A stretch of 26,824 nucleotides of DNA from assembly GCF_006345805.1 (NCBI RefSeq), contig NW_021834086.1, forward strand, positions 1-26,824, in the 5' to 3' direction. The DNA is from Octopus sinensis. Taxonomy: Eukaryota. The notes below the pieces were generated by a model. That model saw only the letters and a program-made list of their open reading frames with translations, ran no database searches and had not been told where the DNA came from. Both the position numbers and the translations under genes were made by a program. This document shows positions 20,460-26,824 of this stretch, in pieces; position 1 is the first letter of the stretch, and every line of letters begins with the position of its first letter.

Positions 20460-20774
20460 GTGGGCTCGAAACGTAAAAGACTTTTTCTATTCCTGAGCGT
20501 TATACTAATACATCTGTTTGCATTGTACACCACCCGTCTTCGTCTCTTCTGTTTCTTTTTAAACTCTCCTACACACACACACACCATATATATATATATA
20601 TATATCATTTATATATATATATAATGTAGCAAAAATGTCCGACGAACGGCAACGGGAAACTTAGAGTAACAGTTTTGTTGAATTTTCTGCTGCTTTGAAT
20701 AAAACATATTACTCTACACTGGTATTTGAGTACTCTTTTTTCCACCTTTTTTCACATTTATGTGTTCACTGCGG

Positions 20775-20780
<6 letters not shown>
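20202..20780. mobile_element. Cluster of Penelope-like pseudo-LTR fragments: 20202-20270 (-), 20276-20388 (+), 20453-20570 (+, different family), 20631-20776 (+)
   Basis: 20276-20388 and 20667-20776 are homologous (taacagtttt...gctgcttt..aataaa.catattactctac..ctggtatt.gag). 20202-20240 is an inverted copy. Hammerhead-like motifs at 20236-20270, 20453-20479 and 20636-20671. Confidence 0.6.
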
Positions 20781-20840
<60 letters not shown>

Positions 20841-21130
20841 CATGTGTGTGCATATATTTATGTTGTTGTAATGAGATAGATAGATAGATAGATAGACAGA
20901 TAGATACATACATACATACATACATACATACATACTCACACAGAGCGAGGAGCATAATAAATAACGTGTATTACGGTCCTACACCAATGTAAAGATATTA
21001 ATTCATTAGCAAATATTTTGTCTCACTGAACGTTAACTGATAACATCAGTGAGCATATTTCCTCACACAGAAACCAATAAATGTGAACAGATCAGATCCA
21101 TTAATTTTCTATCAGACGGTTTATACACGG

Positions 21131-21290
21131 GGAAGGCACGTTGCTCAGTGGTTTGTGTGCTGCAGTTGCAATCACAAGTTCATGGTTTCGATTCTCGGCT
21201 CGAGAAGTCAGTTGTGTTCTTTAGCAAAATGCTTCATTGCACGTTGTTCCATGCCCGTTCATCTGTAGGTGAGTAAATTTGTGGCGGACT
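21131..21290 (+). mobile_element. Old tRNA/CORE-type SINE
   Basis: A-box-like ttgctcagtggtt, B box ggtttcgattctc, CORE-like gttgtgttctttagcaaaatgcttcatt. Confidence 0.65.
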
Positions 21291-21363
21291 AAGATCTGGT
21301 TGAGGTAGGACGTTGTAATCTAGGTCCCTTGTTCGCCGTGGATGCGATAATGTCCAAAGGTTG

Positions 21364-21495
21364 AAGGCGGCGAGCTGGCAGAAACTACCGAGGTCGACTT
21401 TGCCTTTCATCCTTTCGGGGTCGATAAATTAAGTACTAGCTAAGTCCTGGGGTTGATCTAATTGACTGGACCCTCCTCCAAAAATTTGGGCCCCT
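21364..21495 (+). mobile_element. Family-A1 SINE with internal deletion of the tRNA-like region
   Basis: aaggcggcgagctggcagaaac joined directly to ccgaggtcgactttgcc. Confidence 0.85.
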
Positions 21496-21574
21496 TTCCC
21501 CAAAATGTCTAGAAAAATTTCTGTCAACTCATTATTTTTTTTTACTTCAAATTTCGGCGCAGTTGAAGTAAAAA

Positions 21575-21594
21575 TTATTATTATTATCATCATC

Positions 21595-21671
<77 letters not shown>

Positions 21672-21675
21672 CATT
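21575..21675. repeat. (ATT)n/(ATC)n microsatellite
   Basis: Direct inspection. Confidence 0.95.
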
Positions 21676-22075
21676 AAGGCGGCGAGTTAGCAGAATCACT
21701 AGCGCGCTGGACGAAATGCTTGGCGGTATTTCGGCGAGCTGGCAGAATCGTTAGCGCGCCGGGCGAAATGCTAAGCGGTATTTCGTCTGCCGTTACGTTG
21801 TGAGTTCAAATTCCGCCGAGGTCGACTTTGCCTTTCATCCTTTCGGGGTCGATAAATTAAGCACCAGTTACGCACTGGGGTCGATGTAATCGACTTAATA
21901 CCTATGTCTGTCCTTGTTCGTCCCCTCTATGTTTAGCCCCTTATGGGTAATAAAGAAATAGGTATTTCGGCCGTTGCTACGTTCTGAGTTCAAATTCCGC
22001 CGAGGTCGACTTTCCTTTCATTCTTTCGCGATCGAGTCATCCCCATCTCCCCCAAGCTGCCCTAGTGGCAAAAAT
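21676..22075 (+). mobile_element. Older family-A SINE interrupted by a nested A2 copy (21735-21960)
   Basis: TSD GGTATTTCGG at 21725-21734 and 21961-21970. Host head 21676-21724; host body resumes after 21970. Confidence 0.88.
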
Positions 22076-22099
22076 TAAAAATAATAATAATTAATATTT

Positions 22100-22480
22100 A
22101 GGCGGCGAGCTGGCAGAAACTTTCGCACGCCGGGCGAAATGCTTAGCAGTATTTCGTCTGCCGCTACGTTCTGAGTTCAAATTCCGCTGAGGTCAGCTTT
22201 GCCTTTCGTCCTTTCGGGGTCGATTAAATAAGTACCAGTCACACACTGGGGTCGATATAATCGACTTAATCTCTTTGTCTGTTCTTGTTTGTCCCCTCTG
22301 TGTGATGTCCCTTGTGGGCAGTAAAGAAATAGGTATTCCGTCTGCCGCTTCGTTCTTAGTTCAGATTCCGCCGGGATCGAACTTACCTTTCGAGTTCGGT
22401 AAATAAAGTACCAGTGAAACACTGGGTCGATGTAATCGACTAGACCCCCGCACCATACAATATTTCACGCCTTAAAAGGG
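22100..22480 (+). mobile_element. A2 SINE (22100-22331) joined at ggtattccg to the body of an older A1-type copy (22332-22480)
   Basis: Junction aaagaaata|ggtattccgtctgcc. Confidence 0.85.
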
Positions 22481-22636
22481 TTAGTATTATTGTTGTGAAA
22501 GTAGGAAGCGGGCAGAACCGTTAGCACGCCGGATAAAATGCTTATATGATTACGAACATATAAGTGATTCAAGTAAACGAATATTTACTGGCTGATGTTT
22601 GCTGATTGTTTATCCTCTACGTTTTCTTATTTACCT

Positions 22637-22670
<34 letters not shown>

Positions 22671-22672
<2 letters not shown>

Positions 22673-22823
22673 ACGGGCTTCTTTCAGTCTCCGGCTACCA
22701 AATCCACTCACAAGACATTGGTCAGCTCGAGGCTATAGTAGAAGACATTTGCTCAAAGTGCTACGCAGTGGGACTGAACCCGGGACCATGTGCTCGGTAA
22801 GCAAGCTACTTACCACACTGACC
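22671..22823 (-). mobile_element. 5' half of a family-B SINE (ends at its internal microsatellite)
   Basis: Colinear with 17985-18135. Confidence 0.88.
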
Positions 22824-22909
22824 ATTTATGAATATGAAGATGTTTTTCTATTCTAGTCATCTGAGTCATTAATAAACCGAGTTGGAACTTATATATATTC
22901 AAGTGTATA

Positions 22910-22976
<67 letters not shown>

Positions 22977-23019
22977 TCAAGCAAATAGCTTGTTACATAT
23001 GTGTGTGTGTGTGTATAAT

Positions 23020-23310
23020 AAGGTAAAAGTAAAATGGAGTTAGTAAGAATCCTTATACCCCACTACGATCGTTTCGACCCATCCTGTATCTGATCCTTGT
23101 GGGTGGGATGCTCTACAGCTTGTTGTGTTGCATCCATCAGTGCAGAAAGCGTCTTGTTGTTGGGGGTGTCGCTTCCAGTAGGATACTTCACTAAATATAC
23201 TCGTTTATGTTTGGTATGTTGTGGTCGCCAGTAGGTGGTTGGCTAAGTGTGGGTGACATAAGGTAGCCTAAACGCTGAAAGTGACTTAATCAGCATATTG
23301 CTAACCTGCT
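23020..23310 (-). mobile_element. Possible Penelope-like fragment with a core-decayed hammerhead relic (23058-23108)
   Basis: Minus strand CCCAC...GAUC...GGUC-GAAA-CGAUCG-UA-GUGGG, between microsatellites. Confidence 0.35.
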
Positions 23311-23342
23311 AGAGATATACCCAAGATCCAAATAGTTACTTT

Positions 23343-23397
<55 letters not shown>

Positions 23398-23495
23398 ATA
23401 TATACGAGAATGAATCCAAAAGTAATACAAATAAAAAATTTATTAATTTCTGACATACACTTGTGTTTATATACATATATAGATAGATAGACAGA

Positions 23496-23529
<34 letters not shown>

Positions 23530-23532
23530 AAC

Positions 23533-23617
<85 letters not shown>

Positions 23618-23629
23618 TACACACAGATA

Positions 23630-24839
23630 CAGGGTAAGATGGGTAAATGGTCACCAGTTTATATTTTTAATTTCATGCATGCCCATTGTTCGTTTTTGAT
23701 TTTGTAGTAGAGTCAGTTGAGCACCGTCTGTGAGAAAAAACAGCACCATGACGCAATTCACTCTGCCAGGAATTTGAAAACGACATGCTGTACTGAGGAA
23801 AGTGCAGAGGATTCGTAAAGAGTCGGATGAGTCTAATGGTGATTACGAATATACGGCAGCTCGGAAAACTCACCCTGATCGTTCTGATAAGAAAAGAACT
23901 TCTGGATTTGTTGGTGAGATCCAGGCCATGATTGACAATTCTTTCAAGTCAATCAGGCCCATCGCCAGGGATATGGGAGTGTCTGAGTTTCTTATTAGGC
24001 AGGTAGTGCAGGAAGAAGTTTGGTATTCCTCATACAAGATGAGAAAGGGCCAGTTTTTATCCCAATCCGTCAAGGACAAGATGAAAGACATAGTTACGAA
24101 GCTTTTGAATAAATCTAATATCTCCTCCAACCGAACATACGTTGGTTGTTCCCAGACGAGAAATATTTCTGCCAGGATCAGATGGTGAACACATGAACAA
24201 CCTTTAGCTTGCCCTGTCTGCAAAACATGTACTGAGATAGATAAATATTAAACATCCAGTCAACATCATGGTGTTTGGAGTGGTCACTAGTGATGGCGAC
24301 GTTATGTCTTCATCCATTTTCCCACACGGCCTAAGACTCAACACGGAGGCCTAAATCAAGTGCCTGGAAGAGTTAGTGCTGCCTGGGTTACGAGGATGGC
24401 TGCTGGAAGACCCGTGACTGCACCATACCACACAAGCAGAACAACCCAGTCATGGTTGTTAGACAATCTCTGCGACCACATAACCCCTAACAAGTGACCA
24501 CCTAACTCTCCATACTGCAGCCCCACTTGATTATTATGTGTAGAGCGAAGTTGAGTGAGATATCCAACAAAACCCCTTGTGACACCAAAGATGGACTGGA
24601 GGCAAGGATAATGGCCGTATTCACCAACATAAACTAGAAGACCGTCCAGATGAGTTTCAGAAGATCACAAAGTGGTCTGGAGACCATGCTTGAAGCCAAT
24701 GACAATTGTATTGAATAAATTTACACTTTAGTATTTCAAGATATATTTATGCCATTTAAAAAGAGAAGTCTATGTTATTTGCATTTTTGCGTATTCTTTC
24801 AATTTCTTCATGCCAATTTATTACCTATACAACCCTCTG
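23630..24839 (+). mobile_element. Decayed full-length Tc1/mariner DNA transposon, DD37D (maT-type), about 1.2 kb
   Basis: TA at 23628-23629 and 24840-24841; ends CAGGGTAAGATGGG... and ...TACAACCCTCTG (only weakly inverted-complementary now); contains a transposase pseudogene. Confidence 0.85.
23748..24718 (+). pseudogene. Mariner-type DD37D transposase pseudogene
   Basis: Across frameshifts: MTQFTL..QRIRKE..SIRPIARDMGVSEFLIRQVV (HTH)..YKMRKGQFLS..[S]DEK (D at 24155)..KHPVNIMVFGVVTSDG..D[S]APYHTSRTTQSW..*PPNSPYCSPLDYYV..VEANDNCIE*. 37 residues between the 2nd and 3rd D after repairing small indels. Multiple stops and deletions. Confidence 0.88.
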
Positions 24840-24912
<73 letters not shown>

Positions 24913-24925
24913 TATATATATATTA
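24840..24925. repeat. (AT)n microsatellite
   Basis: Direct inspection. Confidence 0.95.
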
Positions 24926-25619
24926 TGTGTTTATGAGAGGTAATGGTGTCATTGAGACTCAAAGGTGTCAGGTAATGCTGAATAAGTGCTATAGACAGAC
25001 CATAGTTAAGTTCCAGGTTCGGTGATTATGCGAATAAGGGGTTCAACGTTGGTCAGTGTGTGTATATAGAACTTTTCTTTTCGTAATGAGATAAAAAAAA
25101 ACAAGGCTGTATAGATTTTAGAACATTTATAGATATCTAAAAATATTCTAAAACCCTTGGTATTTTATCTCATTACGAAACAAAAAAATTCATATATATA
25201 CAGGGTGTGTGCGCGTGCGTTTGTGTGTGTATGTGTGTGTGTGTGTGCGTATGTGTGTGCCTGTGCATGCAGTCGTGTGTATAAATATGTATATTATTTG
25301 TCTATGGAAGTATGGATCTTTGTATATAAATATTGAATGACAAACAAAATATGTTTGTCCCTTTAAAAAGTAGCATGGCGGCTGATGAGAATTTCAAATT
25401 TTAATAATGTTCATCTTTCTAATTTGATGCTTAGGTTTAGAAATCTTTCCGATATTGTTCCATTATTCCGAGGATTGTATGGCGTTGACATCTTTCCATT
25501 GTTAAGATTGAGGTTGTTTCAATCCAAAGAGATGCACGAACATAAAGTGTGATACGAAGTGTAATGTTACGGAAACGATGATAAACATGAAAATTATATC
25601 AATAAAATAAATGAAGATA

Positions 25620-25631
25620 TGAATATAGATA

Positions 25632-25668
<37 letters not shown>

Positions 25669-26310
25669 ACACACACACACAAACACACACATATACATAT
25701 ACATATATATGAGTGTATGTGTGTATATATACATATATATCAATATAGATACATACATACATATATATATATATAAATATATATATACATATATATGAAT
25801 ATATATGTACAAACATATATATATATATATGCATATATATTGTGTATATATATGCATATATGTGTATATATATACACACATACATATATTTAAATATATA
25901 TATGTCTACATCTATATATACATACACATATCCATATATATATATATACATATATTATATAGGCGTATATATATATATACACACACATAAATAAATATAC
26001 ATATGTTTATACATATATAAAATTATAAATATACATAACAAGTGTATTTTATATGTATTTATGCATATGTAGATAAATATGCGTATATATACATATTGAC
26101 AAGCATTCATATATATATGAATACTTGCATACATATACTAGCATATATGAACACATAGTATATATATGTATGATTATGTGTGTGTGTGTGTGTATGTGTG
26201 TAGAAAGATAGATAGATGATAGATTGATAAATAGATCGATAGATAAATACATACATACATACATACATACATACATACATACATACATAGACAGATAGAT
26301 AGATAGAAGA
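25620..26310. repeat. Degenerate (CA)/(AT)/(ATAG)/(ATAC) compound simple-repeat block
   Basis: Direct inspection; explains the ORFs at 25502-26443. Confidence 0.9.
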
Positions 26311-26313
26311 TAT

Positions 26314-26352
26314 GTTTCTTTATTAGCCACATAGGGCTGAACACAGAGGGGG
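26314..26352 (-). mobile_element. Severely 5'-truncated A2 SINE tail
   Basis: Minus strand ccccctctgtgttcagccctatgtggctaataaagaaac. Confidence 0.6.
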
Positions 26353-26467
26353 AAAATTTCAAAGTAGAGCTTTCCTTCTTGGGTCGAAAAAAATAAAATA
26401 AAAATAAAAATAAAAAATAAAATGGGGGTAGGCTTTTGATCAAAAGGGATCGTAAAAAGAGAGAGAA

Positions 26468-26469
26468 AT

Positions 26470-26548
<79 letters not shown>
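26468..26548. repeat. (GATA)n microsatellite
   Basis: Direct inspection. Confidence 0.95.
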
Positions 26549-26824
26549 CTTAAAGATATAGATAGTTATGTAGTGAGAACGGCAGAGAAACAGAGAGCGA
26601 GATGGATAGAATAGATTGTTTTGAAGTTGGTTGGCATTAAGAAACTTATAAACTTCGTGAAATGAATATCAACAGGCGATATCAAGTCCAAAAAGTTCGC
26701 TAGTACTTTACATACAATATATAAACACGCGAAAGTTTCAAAGGTCCACATTTAAGTTAAGCGTCACATAAATATAAAAAAAACGTTAGATAAATGCAAA
26801 AAAAACTATAAAATAAATTCTTTC

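Noticed and set aside
21539-21574. 12-bp inverted repeat TTTTTACTTCAA/TTGAAGTAAAAA as a terminator or MITE
   Set aside because: Mostly A/T pairs next to poly-T and (ATT)n; intrinsic terminators are irrelevant in this eukaryotic context and there is no TSD.
23802-24188. 128-aa ORF as a functional gene
   Set aside because: It is an internal fragment of the disrupted mariner transposase.
2807-26443. Most ORFs in the supplied track (poly-I, YIYI, CVCV, HTHT, YLSI, MYVC types)
   Set aside because: They are translations of di-, tri- and tetranucleotide microsatellites or of SINE sequence, with no coding signal.

Overview
AT-rich eukaryotic DNA packed with microsatellites and transposon relics, with no prokaryotic features, operons or CRISPR arrays. 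The short-repeat families look like the tRNA-derived SINEs of Octopus (coleoid cephalopod). This taxonomic call is from memory of those families, not from a search, and family labels A-D below are my own. The window holds about 25 SINE copies or fragments of at least four families, a 5'-truncated R4/Dong-clade non-LTR retrotransposon in a (TAA)n tract, a non-autonomous Helitron, and a decayed full-length DD37D (maT-type) Tc1/mariner. Nearly all ORFs in the supplied track are microsatellite artefacts. The only host-gene candidate is a CpG-rich island at about 5200-6150 with a minus-strand ORF showing C-ending codon bias, an upstream TATA box and a perfect 13-bp hairpin. Most notable patterns: (1) five or six minimal type-I hammerhead-ribozyme-like motifs from several unrelated Penelope-like short elements, each beside a microsatellite; (2) one SINE subfamily (A2) whose 3' end joins the same internal site of family-A SINEs four times, once with a clean 10-bp target-site duplication (TSD); (3) two SINEs with twin-priming-type 5' inversions, both inside (AT)n tracts.
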